Shown here: positions 14,380 through 26,096 of the stretch, in pieces
Numbering within the stretch: position 1 is the stretch's first letter
Layout of the letters: each line of letters starts with the position of its first letter
From: the human T2T-CHM13v2.0 reference genome, Homo sapiens
DNA length: 64,000 nucleotides
Assembly (NCBI GenBank): GCA_009914755.4
Contig: CP068257.2
Coordinates: forward strand, 39,744,001-39,808,000
Reading direction: 5' to 3'
Position numbers and translations under genes: made by a program
Notes under the pieces: generated by a model
Database searches by the model: none
The model's input: the letters and a program-made list of their open reading frames with translations, nothing else
Told to the model about the DNA's origin: nothing

Positions 14380-15130
14380 TGCGATCAGTCACTCTCCTCC
14401 CTCCACAATAGCGGGGACCTCCCTGCCCGCCGCACCCCTGCCCCCCGCCCCCGCCCCCGCTCCCGCCCCGCCGTGGCTGTGCAGCAAGCAGGGGACAGTC
14501 CCATCAGCAAAGTCGGGGAACTTCCAGGAAGCCCGCGTCCCCCTCAGCCTGCCTTTAGCCAGAAAAGATTCCAAGCTCTGCTCTCTACTTTGGAAAGCCA
14601 GTGTTTGCATGTGGAGATTGTTTTGCTAGACTCGACGAGGGTAGCAAAGCAACAGGAAGTGTTCCCCAGAGCTCCGCCCACGACTTGCGTGGCCCAAAGC
14701 TGGATGGTCGTCCGTCCCACCATGGCGGGTGGGTAAAGGTTCTTTTCCTGGGCTGTGTCATTCCACCCAGAGCAAGGGATAAGCCTGTGATAGCCGTAAA
14801 TCCGGAACCACTACCAAGGTGAAAGACCTTCAAGTTAATTGTTGGAACCTGCGGCTCTAACACTTCCAGCAAAGCTACTTCTGTGAAAGCTGTGACGAGC
14901 AGAGGAAATGGGACAGGAGAGGAGCTGAATCCTGAGATTGTATCGCTAGGAGCCCCCAAAGTACGATGACGGTCCTCGGGCCAGCATGGGGGTGCATTGG
15001 CACCATGTAAGGAAAGGGGCCCTCCCGTGGCACCGTTGGAGTGGGGCGGTGTGGGGTTGTTCGGAGAGAAAAGTTTCCCATGAGCTCTGTTTCAGCAAAC
15101 GGCGATGACCACTTCCGTGGCAACTAAACA
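14380..15130. promoter_or_regulatory. CpG-island-like segment with an Sp1 GC-box cluster in MX2 intron 1
   Basis: About 35 CpGs in 750 bp. ccccgcccccgcccccgctcccgccccgcc lies at about 14440-14470. An ATG in Kozak context (cccaccATGGcg) at 14722 is followed by ggGTAAAG. Confidence 0.4.
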
Positions 15131-16366
15131 GTCTTGCCTTCCTGCACGTGGACATTTTTCTTCATGCATATTTCTCTTGCAAATGGTTCTATTGTTTGTA
15201 TAACAGTATTTCATGAGCGGAGAAGAGTTGGAAGCAAAAATCTGTTCATGAGAAATGTAAGTATGTGGTAACATTGCCTTCAGTGAAATTGAGAGCAGAT
15301 CTAAAGGGATGTGAAAAGCATCAGGGTGCTCATATAGGAGGCAGGATCATTTCCCCCAGACCGCGGCCATGCGGGTTGTGTTTTATGGTAGGAGTGATTA
15401 TGGCAGCCTATGTGTGTCTGGGCATAAGAATACTTATTCTATGGATCTTAAGGTAATTATGTGTTGGAATTATGTGTTGGAAAATGTATGGCGTGGAATT
15501 CAGTAGGGGAATGCTCACGATTTGTGTGGTTCCTGGAGTTGGAAATGGGTGGCAGATCCAGCAAGAGGCAAGATTTCCAAATGGACTGCTGAGTCATTCT
15601 TAGGGTGGGCTAGGAGAAAATGTGTTTTGGTCTGAAGGAGGGAGGAAGAAGACAAAAACAAGTAAATTAGAAAACGTGGTTGCAGGATTGAAATCTGATC
15701 CTGAAAAAGAGAGAATAGCCATGAGTATAATGTTTAAAAATACACACAAAGAAATCCACTGTGGTGGGAGTCACAAGAAGTTCAATCATTATCTGGTCTC
15801 GTCATCTCGAGTGAAGCTGTCCACTCCCAAAGCCGACTGCTTGGTCCATAGCTCTTAGTTTTTGCATCTGGAGGCTTTTGTGGTTAGTGTTGGTTTGAGG
15901 TCATTTGAGCTGATCCATTGGTCTGGGTTTGTTGCCTGTTTCTACTGACTCTTGAGTACTTGGGTCAACACCTTGGATCTTGACTGCCCTGGCATTTGCT
16001 AGGAGGACCTGAAATGGCTCCTTCCAAAGAGGTCTGAAAAGTTTTTGCCTTGAGGTCTCTTCCAGCGGACCCACACCAGGCTGGAGGTCAGAAAAGTCTG
16101 GCCGGCATTTCCTCTGGCTGGCATTTCCTTTGGGCACGAGACTTGGTGTGTGAGGCTAATCCTTGACAATGCTTAACTGCGTACATGAAATGGAGCAGAG
16201 CCAGGCCTTGCTGGAGTTACTCCTGGTCATGTACAGCATCTGGTTATGATCTCATGGGGTGCTGGACTAAGTGAGCACTCAGAGACGGTCACGCCAATAG
16301 CCTATTATATCCTCGACCTAGGAGTTAAGGAGTAATCTTCTGCTTACTCCTTAAGCAGCTCCTTAA

Positions 16367-16466
16367 GGAGCTGAGGCAGATAAATTGGGTGTGGCAAGCG
16401 GGGTGTCTGCCAGGCCCAGGAGCCCCGGCTGTCACCAGTGCATGATGTGACTTTGGGTGAGCCACA
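16367..16466 (+). repeat. MIR-derived 100-bp segment, copy A of a 98%-identical pair
   Basis: It is 98/100 identical to 17894-17993 and contains the MIR core tgtgactttgggtgagccac. Confidence 0.7.
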
Positions 16467-17893
16467 TCTTCTGCTTACAGATAGAGGCCAAGACCGCACG
16501 GCCAATAAAGCTGGTGGCAAAACTCAAAGCCCAGAGAGATGGAGGGTTTTTTATAGTTAGGGAATTTCAGCTTCAGTGTGTGATTGATTTTGTATTTTGC
16601 GAACACCGAGGGTGATTCAGACAGTGAAGTGTCTGTGTTAGAAGAAGGACCCTCCAGGACAGTAAGTCTATAATCTTTTGATAGGAAGATAGGTATTGTC
16701 CATGCTGAGAATAGAAAGTCTAGCAAGAGGTAGACTTGCTATCATGAACCCATGGCTCTGAATCCTGTCTCACCTTTACAGTCTTGCCTGGGTTATATTG
16801 GTTGCAGATGAGATAGGACTCTACCACTTCCTGGGCCAATTCCAGAAAATTTCCTGACCAATATGCATTGCATGTAAAACTTAATTTACCTTTTCCATGA
16901 TGCAAACAATTATGGAGTAATTTAGCTAGGAAGGCTCATGGCACTCAAGGACAGGTGTTCTGAGATGACCAGATTCCATCTTTATTAAGAAACTATTTTT
17001 GAGATTGCCAATATTACTTGTCAGAAGTTTGCATCGATTATTATGAGTCAATTATAAATGGATCCAATTTTCTTTCTGAAAGTTTGGTGGATAGATGTCA
17101 GTTACTATTTTAGAACTCTTAATATAGTATTTAAAGCTATTTTTTTTTAACATGAAGTCAGTAAGGACATCGCCCTTGACTTCTGGCATGGCTTCTCAAC
17201 TAAAAGCTTCTACTTTAGTATCTCATACCTCCTTTGGATATTGGGTAGCTTCTAATAAGTTACTGATCCCTTACTCATTTTTGATGTGAACAATCACAGA
17301 TATCATAAATCCTCTGTGCTTCCGTAGCATCCCCAAATCATAAGCAGCTCCAAATGCCCATCTTATCTATTCTTGGTATAAATGCTTACTGTTTTATCTC
17401 TTAAAATAATGTGACTTGAAGTCAGGACTACAGCTTAGCCACTGGGAAATAGCTCACATGAAGAGATAGAACATTTTGATGGGTGCATGGCAGTTTCCTA
17501 CGCAGGAAATGCTTTCGCCATTTTTATTGTTTTTTCCTCCACAGCCTTTATTAAGCTCCTACTGTATGCCAGGTACTTTGGGCTGCAGGTACAGCTGTGA
17601 AAAAAAACAGGTAAAAATCCCTGCCCCCCTGGGGCCTTATTGCAGCTGGGGAGACAGGAAACAGGCAGAATCCATCAGGAAAGATATCGTGCAGATGGTG
17701 GGAATGCAGCTTTTGACTGTTGCCTCCCCCATCAGATCCTTAGCACCAAAAAAGGTGGCAGTGTCTCCCGGCTGGGTGTCCAGAGCCTGGCACACAGCAG
17801 GCACTCAATGAATGTTTACAGAGTGGATGAAGACTCACATTGACTCAGGAACTGCAGCTCAGAGAGAGCAAGGAACCCAACCAGGGGAGCCAT

Positions 17894-17993
17894 GGAGCTG
17901 AGGCAGATAAATTGGGTGTGGCAAGGGGGGTGTCTGCCAGGCCCAGGAGCCCCGGCTGTCACCAATGCATGATGTGACTTTGGGTGAGCCACA
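17894..17993 (+). repeat. MIR-derived 100-bp segment, copy B; the MIR continues downstream
   Basis: Same as above. Here the MIR-like sequence continues (ccctctctgtgcc...). Confidence 0.7.
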
Positions 17994-20861
17994 CCCTCTC
18001 TGTGCCTTGTTGGGAGTAGGCACTGGAGAGCAGGGGTGGGAGCGGTCATTAGGATGAGGTGTCCTGGAAGCCCACCCCTGCCAGGGCCCTCCAGGCTGCA
18101 GGCAGTCTCCAGCCCGAGGCCCTTTGGAGTTGTGTGGCTCCCCCTCCAGCTGCTCTGTCCACAGATCTTCCTGCTCTCCCCAACTCCCCTCTGCCCTTCA
18201 GCCCCACAGCCAGCCATTAGCTGACTTGTTGACCATGACTTCAAAGCATCCAGAATCCAGTCGGCTCTCACCACCCTCTTTGCCATTGTTTCCAAAAGGG
18301 TGTTGCCCCTGGGTTTGTCTTTTGGAGCCCCCCAGGAGAAGGGAGGACTTCAAAGACAGAAAGAGAGCTAGGCACCAAACCTCAAGCAGGCCTTGCTTTC
18401 CCAGACTCTCAAACTTAAAAAAAAAAAAAAAAAAAAAGCCAGACAGAGACAGGCAGGTGTCCTCCCAGCCGGGCCTCGATGGCTGTACTGCACCCCCCTC
18501 CTAAACAGCAGGCGGGAACCAGCCCTGGGACAGGCTCCACACACTCACTGAGCACCGCCTCCTGCACAGCGCAGTCCCTGCTCTCAGCCTGAGCAGGCGC
18601 AGCAGCCCTGCCCTCCCAAGAAAGGGGATGGTGAGAAGCCTAGTGTCCCCTCCACAGAGACCAGCGCCACACATGACAGCCACACATGACAGTGTTGGTA
18701 CCAGCACTCAGTCTTTGAGCCACAAGTGCTTATAAGATGTAAGTAATAGTACGGAACCCTCCCACATCCTCAGGAGGAACGGTCAGCCCCATTTTCTAGA
18801 TGTGAAAACTGACACCCAGAGAGATTTCAGCACATGCTCTGGGTCCCCGGGTCCCATGCACAGCCCTTGTGCTGGACGGCCCCAACCCTACTTTCTAATT
18901 CTTTATCCTAAACCCGGACTGTGGGCCTCATCTTAGGGAGATGGTGCTGCCACCTGCCTCTGGAGGACACTCTGCCTTGGCCTAGTCCTGCCCTGCCCCT
19001 CGCCGAGTGGAGCCTCCACAGAGGCTTGTGCATGGCTTTGGGATCCCGGGCGGCAGGAGTAGGGTCTGGGCTGGTGAGCAGGGACGGGGAAGGCCCCGAC
19101 AGCAGACCCCATGAGGATGACTGGGCTCCATCCTACGTGGACCTTCTAACGAGCCACATGGAAGCATGTCCATCTGAGAGGTGGGAGAAGGAGGAAGTTG
19201 TCCCCAGTTGTCCCACCTCAGGATGGGAGGTTGCCCCAGGGGCTAGCTTCCCACTTCTCCAGGCTGCCATGCTGAAAGCCGGCAGGTGTCGCAGGTAGCA
19301 GATGTGGCAGGTTGCTCGAGGGAGAAACTCTGGACGCATGAGATTCAGTTGTACAGAGCCTGAGTCCTGTGGCCTGGCCCAACTGTCCCAAAGCCCCAGC
19401 ACTCTGGCTGTGTGTAAACCTTACCTCTTCTTCATGCCCTTCCTGGTCCATGGCTGTGTCCTTTATTGTACCTGGTCTCCTTATCTTCAAGGGTGCCCAT
19501 CACACCACTCTCCAGCTCAGAACCCTCCAAAGGCCTCCCTCACACCCACACACAATGCAAGACCTCTGCCCACATCTTGCAAGCCTTTTTCCTCCCTCTT
19601 TTTCACCAGTCACACTGACCATCTTCCTATTCCCTGAGCTCATTCCGACCTCAGGACCTTTGCACATGCATTTCCTCTGCGGGAGAGGCTGGTCCCCACT
19701 TCCTCCAAGCCTTGCTCCTCTGCCCATTCCCAGGCACACCCTCCAGTGGGCACCCAAGTTACCCTCACCCCAGAATCTCAAGCCCACCACCTGTCTTTCT
19801 CCAGACACTCCCTTGTCACCTGGAGCCTGGTTGGTTGGTATATTTGTTTTGGCATTTCCCTGCTAGGATGGTGTGCCAGGAGTGAGGGCTTGGTCTGACT
19901 TGATCACCACAATAACCACGTGGTGGAAAGTGCCTGGCACATTCAGAGTCGTACCCTTGTATGAGTCTGCTCAGGCTGCCATGGCAAAAGACCACAGACT
20001 GGGTGGCTTAGACAACACACATTGGTTCTCTCACAGCCCTGGAGGCTGGAAGTCCCAGATCAAGGTGTCGGCAGAGCTGGTTCCTTCTGGAGGCCCCAGG
20101 GGGAATCTGTGCTCTCCTCCCAGCTCCTGGTGGCTGTGGCAGAGGCCTTGGCATTCCCTGGCCTGGGCTGCAGCACTGCAGTCTCTGCCTCTGTCTTCAC
20201 AGGCCCTTCTCCCTGTGTGTCTCCAGGTCCCAAATCTCCCTCTGCCTGTCTCTGATAAGGACACCTGTGATGAGATTTAGGGCCCATTCTAAATCCAGGA
20301 TGATCTCATCTCAAAATCTTCACCTTAATTATATCTGCAAAGAGTCTTTTTCCAAAAAAAAAGTCATGTTCCCAGGTTCCAGGTGAACATAAATTTTGGG
20401 GGGACTGTGGGGACACCATTCAGCCTCCTAGATCCACATTACTACTAGAGGAAAGGGGGATACAGTGTGATCCAGAGTGTGGGGGGCTCCTGCCCGGAGC
20501 ACAGGCCCAGCTCTGAGTCCTGGCTTAGGCGTCATTGGCCCTCCCGGATGTCAGTTTCTTGACCCTGAAAATCCAGATAAGGGCCAAATGCATAGGCTTG
20601 TTGTGAAGCTTAAATGTATGTCTCAGCATGGTGCTGCCCTCATCTGAGTGCAGGCCACAGCCTGAGAACTGGGGCCCAACACCTGCTTCTCCCACACTCC
20701 CCTGGTGCCTGGCCAAGCCCGGGTGTGAGGCCAGGTCTGGCTTCCAGCAGGCCCAGGAGGTGCTGCCTGTCATCTCTGCACACCTAATGGTTCTCCTGCC
20801 TGGTGCTGAGCCACAGAGACCTGATGCCATAGATGACACAGACCATCAGAAGTGACAAAGG

Positions 20862-21178
20862 AGACTGGGTGTGGTGGCTCACGACTGTATTCCCAGCACT
20901 TTGGGATGCTGAGGCGGACGGATTGCTTGAGCTCAGGAGTTTGAGACCAGCCTGAGCAACATGGCAAAAAACCCATCTCTATAAAAAATACACACACACA
21001 AAAAAAACTAGCTGGGCATGGTGGTGCATGCCTCTAGTCCCAACTACTCGGTAAGCTGAGGCAGGGGGACTGCTTGAGTCCAGGGAGGTTGAGGCTGCAG
21101 TGAGTCCTGATTGCACCACTACACTCCCCCACTGGGTGACAGAGTGAGACCCTGTCTCAACAACAACAACAACAACTA
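20862..21178 (+). mobile_element. Alu (full length) with a (CAA)n-type tail
   Basis: Has the Alu consensus and a caacaacaacaa tail. Confidence 0.9.
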
Positions 21179-21446
21179 CAAGTAGCAAAGGAACATTGAG
21201 ACTCTACTGGGAATGTGGAGTCCACTGCCCCCCGTTCCCCAAGCCCGGGCCGGTAGAAATCCACTTGTGCTCTGTGGCTGCCAAGAGCCCCTCCTGCAGA
21301 CAGGGGCCCTGCACTGGACCCCTGGTCTCTGCATCTGTGTGTAGGGGGTAGGTTGTAGGGTGGGGTGAGGAGGGGTTGGCAAAAGTGCCAACTCAGGGAG
21401 GACTTCTGGTGACCTGTGGGCCGCTCTCCCTCTTGTGTCTTTGCAG

Positions 21447-21517
21447 AGCTTGTCAGGAAGATCGGAGGTGCCAAGTAGCAGAGAAAGCATCCCCCAGCTC
21501 TGACAGGGAGACAGCAC
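21447..21517 (+). other. MX2: MX2 exon 2, 5'UTR portion
   Basis: Acceptor tttgcag|agcttg at 21445-21446. The segment is contiguous with the start codon and contains no upstream ATG. Confidence 0.75.
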
Positions 21518-21766
21518 ATGTCTAAGGCCCACAAGCCTTGGCCCTACCGGAGGAGAAGTCAATTTTCTTCTCGAAAATACCTGAAAAAAGAAATGAATTC
21601 CTTCCAGCAACAGCCACCGCCATTCGGCACAGTGCCACCACAAATGATGTTTCCTCCAAACTGGCAGGGGGCAGAGAAGGACGCTGCTTTCCTCGCCAAG
21701 GACTTCAACTTTCTCACTTTGAACAATCAGCCACCACCAGGAAACAGGAGCCAACCAAGGGCAATG
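21518..21766 (+). CDS. MX2: MX2 coding exon (aa 1-83; N-terminal domain with the 11-RRR-13 motif and internal Met26)
   Basis: The ORF track reads MSKAHKPWPYRRRSQFSSRKYLKKEMNSFQQ...NRSQPRAM. The donor is ATG|gtaagc at 21767. Confidence 0.93.
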
Positions 21767-22399
21767 GTAAGCCCGGTGGAGGGACGTTCAGAAAGGGTGC
21801 ATTCTGGCTGCCGGTGCAGAGGGCTGTCATGTAAGCCCACCACAATAATAGAACCAGCCAGTCTGCTCCTCCGGCACAGCTGATGTCTCCAGCTCTCCTG
21901 GTCATGCCCAACAAGTACCAGGAACATACATAGACTCTCCTGCAGCAACGGGCTGCTGCGACGTGGGTCTGGGGCTTCTGTGTGCGGGGGTCCCCTTCCT
22001 GGAGCTTTTCTTTCAGCCTCCCCTGCAGCCATCACATTGCCAGCCCACCCACTTGCCACCCTCCCCAGCTCTGCAGCTCCCCAACCCAGAACCTCTCCTC
22101 CCTCTGGCTGGAGTCTCTGCCTCTTGGAACTTCTTCCTGGCTCAGTGCTCCCAGCCCCTCCCCAGGAGGCACACCCTGCACACCTGCAGCCAAATCCTCC
22201 CAGCATCTGCCCCTGTGAGGCCTCAATAGGAACAGAACAGAAGGGCCCCTGAAAGCAGCAGCACCCCTCCATCCACCTTCTCACCTCCTGTCTGCAACCC
22301 AACCTAACATCATAGCCGCACAAACTCTGCCACACATCTCCATGACACCAGGGACCCTATCAGGGGTCAAGGCAGTGGCATCTGTTCTGCCTTCTCCAG

Positions 22400-22592
22400 G
22401 GGCCCGAGAACAACCTGTACAGCCAGTACGAGCAGAAGGTGCGCCCCTGCATTGACCTCATCGACTCCCTGCGGGCTCTGGGTGTGGAGCAGGACCTGGC
22501 CCTGCCAGCCATCGCCGTCATCGGGGACCAGAGCTCGGGCAAGAGCTCTGTGCTGGAGGCACTGTCAGGAGTCGCGCTTCCCAGAGGCAGCG
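22400..22592 (+). CDS. MX2: MX2 coding exon ([66 protein letters not shown]-loop G1 GDQSSGKS)
   Basis: Acceptor ctccag|ggg at 22398-22399 and donor agcg|gtaagt at 22593. Phase is consistent with the flanking exons. Confidence 0.95.
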
Positions 22593-22680
22593 GTAAGTTC
22601 AACGGACCACCTTCCCTCCGCAGCAAGCAGCGCCACCTGTAAGCCACAAAGCTTCCCCAGGCACCAAGAGGTTTTAGAGA

Positions 22681-23040
22681 CAGGCTGCTGGGTGAGAGAG
22701 CTGGGAAAGACAGGACGCTGGGAGAGAGGCCGCTGAGAGAGACAGGCCACTGGGAGAGACAGGCCGCTGGGAGACAGGCCTCTGGGAGACAGGCTGCTGG
22801 GAGAGACACGTTGCTGGGAGAGACAGGTCACTGGGAGAGACAGACCATTGGGAGAGACAGGCTGCTGGGAGGGACAGGCCATTGGGAGACAGGCTGCTGG
22901 GAGAGACAGATCACTGGGAGAGACAGGCCGCTTGGAGAGACAGGCTGCTGGGAGGGACAGGCCATTGGGAGACAGGCTGCTGGGAGAGACAGATCACTGG
23001 GAGAGACAGGCCGCTGGGAGAGACAGGCCACTGGGAGGGC
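22681..23040. repeat. Intronic minisatellite of about 15-18-bp units (ctgggagagacaggccg) with an 81-bp higher-order repeat
   Basis: About 20 tandem degenerate units. The higher-order copy at 22858-22938 is repeated at 22939-23020. The repeat is rich in GGG/GGGA runs on the + strand. Confidence 0.85.
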
Positions 23041-24710
23041 CCTAGGAGGGCAGCTTCTCAGGCCTGGTGGCAGGGGGCTGGATTCCCCATACATGTTTAA
23101 ATAGCTTTCACTGCCCGTGTGTCAGTCAGGTGCAGGGACCTTGCCACCTCTTCCTAGTGGTCTTTGTAAGAATGTAGAAGCATTTCTTTGATAAGTTGAT
23201 AAGTTTTAGGTGACAGGCGAAGCCTTCTTAAAGAATTGTCTCAATGTTTTGAAAACCTCTTATTTAGGATCATGATATGAGACACCTTTTCCTTGAACAA
23301 AAACTTTTAAAAGTCTGTTTAGAGTGAAGAAGCTGTTGTACATTCATAATTTAATAAAATAATTATAAAGGAAAATGATAAAGGCGGTACCCTCAGAGTG
23401 GGTACTGGAGAGTGTTTAGAAAGGAGTTTTTAGGTAAGCAGGGCATAGGGAAGCCAGCAAGAAGGGGGTGGGACAGGAAGGGGAGCAGCTTCCAGAACCC
23501 AAGAAGGAGCAGCATGCAGGGGCCCTGGCAGGTGCAGCGGCAGCAGAGAGCGCCCAGCTCCTTCTCCTCCCTGGCTCCCCTCTCCTGCCACTGCTGCTTA
23601 CTTCTCAACCCAACCAGAATGCTGGGGTGGCCGGGAGGCATCTGATGGTTTCTCCAAGGTTGCCCAGAGCAAGGTGGGGCTGCTGGAGGGCTGCCCGGAC
23701 CCTGCACAGCCCCCTGCAACAACCGCAAAGCCACAGTGAGCCTGGGAGAGTGCCCCTCCCCTGGCCTCCCTGCTGCCACCTGCAGCCTGGTCCTTTACCC
23801 AGCGTGTCCCGTAAGATGGCCATCAGCCTGGGCACAAGGCAGGAGAGAGTAAGGGTGTGGGATGGCCAGTCCTTCTCCGTGCTCTGGGTTCAGCATTTGG
23901 GGCAGTGAGACTACGGGGTGGAGAGTCTGAATGCCAGAGGGCAGGCACGGGACCCTGGGCGAGTCCCATAGTTGGAAGACGGGACAATACCTCCCTATAG
24001 GGCACGGGACAAAGGTCGCGGGTTCTCAGGGCTTCACGGCAGGAGCGTGAGGGCCCCCACCCCAAGGAACTCAGCACCGCTCCCACCTTTCCTGGGTTCA
24101 GTAGCATCGGAGGATCCTGCCTCAAAGGGCACTATCAGGATTCCCCTTGCTCCTCCTTCGGGATGTCCGGCTTCTCCTCCAGGCTTTCACCACCTTCTTC
24201 CCACTCCTTGAGAGGGGTTCCATGGCCCCTGGATGGGTCTCACTGCTCCACATTCCCGCCATCCCCCACCCCCCACACTAACCAGGGCTGCCCACCGGGA
24301 CAATTACAGGGCCTGGGGCAGACACCTGACATGCTGACTCCAGCTGCAGAAAGACGGGGAGCCTGGACATGTACCGGAGCCCCAGCATCTGCCTCCATCA
24401 CTTCCAGGGCAGTGTGGTGGGGGCTATGGCTGTGGTGAGGACTGTGGCTATAGCCACTTGCTCATGTCCATCGGAGCTCAGGGTGCTTACTCCGGCAGCG
24501 AACACTTCCCAAGGATAGCAGCACCTCCCAGGGCCCTGTGCCCCTTTGCATCTGCTCAGTCCAGACCCCCTCACCTACTACCAGGCCCCAGGGAGAGCCA
24601 GAAAGTGCAGACGAGGCCTTTGGGGACAGCAGGGCAGGTTCTGGGAGCGAAGGGCCCAGTGCCACTTCTTTAAAAGGAAACTGAGGATATTTGGGGAACC
24701 TCTCGCTCAG

Positions 24711-24845
24711 GAATCGTAACCAGGTGTCCGCTGGTGCTGAAACTGAAAAAGCAGCCCTGTGAGGCATGGGCCGGAAGGATCAGCTACCGGAACACCGAGC
24801 TAGAGCTTCAGGACCCTGGCCAGGTGGAGAAAGAGATACACAAAG
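24711..24845 (+). CDS. MX2: MX2 coding exon (G)[44 protein letters not shown]
   Basis: Acceptor ctcgctcag|ga at 24709-24710 and donor caaag|gtgggc at 24846. Confidence 0.95.
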
Positions 24846-26096
24846 GTGGGCCCACGTCATTCTGAGGTTCGGATCTGGCAGCCGCTCCTCTCACTTCCTC
24901 GGTTCCTTCTCCTCTTCCTCAAGTCACCCCCACAGTGACCACTCAGCTCCTAGCCCCATGTGCTCCCACATGGGGCTGAACCCATTGCTGTCACCTCCAC
25001 CATCCCTCCAGGTCCTTGTCCAGGTCCCCTCTCATCGAGTCATCCCATGCCGAGGACCCTCTGGTGGCTTCCCTTAGCAGCCTGCAGCCCACGTGGCTGG
25101 CCTTGCCTGTCCTCTCCCGCTCCCCGCCAGCCCAGGCTTTCTCTACTCCACAGGGTACTCGCCCTCTCTTCCTTCCAGGTTTCTCCCCTTCACCTGCCCA
25201 ATCCCTACTCGATCTTTGGATCTCAGGTCACCTGCGCCCCCTTTGGAAATGCTGCTGCAGGACCCCTGGTCCCACCCCAGGTGTCACAACCATGGCTTGT
25301 CTTCCTGAAGTTCAGCTCTAACCCTGGCCAGCCACCTTGTGGCCACCTTTCCTCCCAGCACCCCCTCCAAATGCAGACCCCTCTCACCCAGCTGTGGAAC
25401 AAGTTTCCCAATGCTTGTTCTTGGCCATGGCTGATCAGAAAAGGCTCAGTTGCTCCTGGAGTCCACACCCTTCTCCCCCGAGGGGCCCTAGTGGTTACGT
25501 CCCTTGGAGTGCACAGCCCTGCCTGCCCCAGGCACTGGAGCCTCTCAACCTCCCTAAAGGCTTCTCCCCTATCCTGCCTGCACAGCCTGTCCTGGACTCA
25601 GCCAGGATAGATGGAAAAACAATCCTGAATGTACTAAGACTCCCTGCAGGGAGGAACTAAGTCCAAGGAAGGCCTTTTGCATTACTGGATAGCAAACTCA
25701 GTGTCTGAGCGGGGGCCCTTTAGACGACCCTGTGGGCTCAGCCCTTTCCCACAGAACCCCTGTCTGCCTGGATCAAATGGCTTTCTGGAGGAATCCCTTC
25801 CCAAATAGAGAGGTCTTCACTCCAATTTCCGTGTTCACCCCTCTAAAACAGAAGCTGCTGGATACCCTCAATTAGCAAGTTTCCTAACTTCAAATTGCAA
25901 AAGGTCTGCACCCCAGCTGTGCCCACCACAGCTACTGTGGTGCTCCCAGGACATCTTGCAATGTTCGTTGACATCTGTCTGGAGTCTCACCAGCTGTGAG
26001 CTCTGTGGGGCAGGGCCAGGAGAGCTGTCTCTAGCAGACCAACAGCACACCATATGTGCAGGCTTGGTCAAAGTTTTGGGTAAGAATGAATAGTGA

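Noticed and set aside
14722-14736. The Kozak ATG plus donor in the intron-1 CpG island, considered as a possible alternative MX2 coding start
   Set aside because: Splicing from 14732 to MX2 exon 2 is out of frame with the MX2 ORF and stops after 31 codons. It would be at most a uORF, so it is not called as CDS. It is kept as a finding because of its promoter-like context.
17816-18295. 159-aa minus-strand ORF in intron 1
   Set aside because: It has no recognisable domain, sits in a G/C-rich intronic segment, and has no flanking splice signals.
21176-22335. 192-aa and 202-aa minus-strand ORFs overlapping MX2 exon 2
   Set aside because: These are antisense to a verified coding exon and to a GC-rich intron. 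It is a shadow ORF phenomenon, and there is no independent support.
22681-23040. The regular tandem array could be mistaken for a CRISPR-like repeat-spacer structure
   Set aside because: The sequence is human. The units are degenerate direct repeats with no unique spacers. It is a minisatellite.
22360-23104. Multiple 65-149-aa ORFs on both strands (LGETGHWERQ..., CLSQ...)
   Set aside because: They are translations of the 15-18-bp minisatellite, so their periodic peptide repeats are artefactual.
24960-25610. 216-aa + strand ORF just downstream of MX2 exon 4
   Set aside because: It lies in an approximately 800-bp C+T-rich intronic block. The translation is Pro/Ser/Leu-rich and low in complexity with no homology. 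The flanking sequence looks like a degraded ancient LTR or interspersed repeat. The real exon 4 ends at 24845 with a canonical donor.
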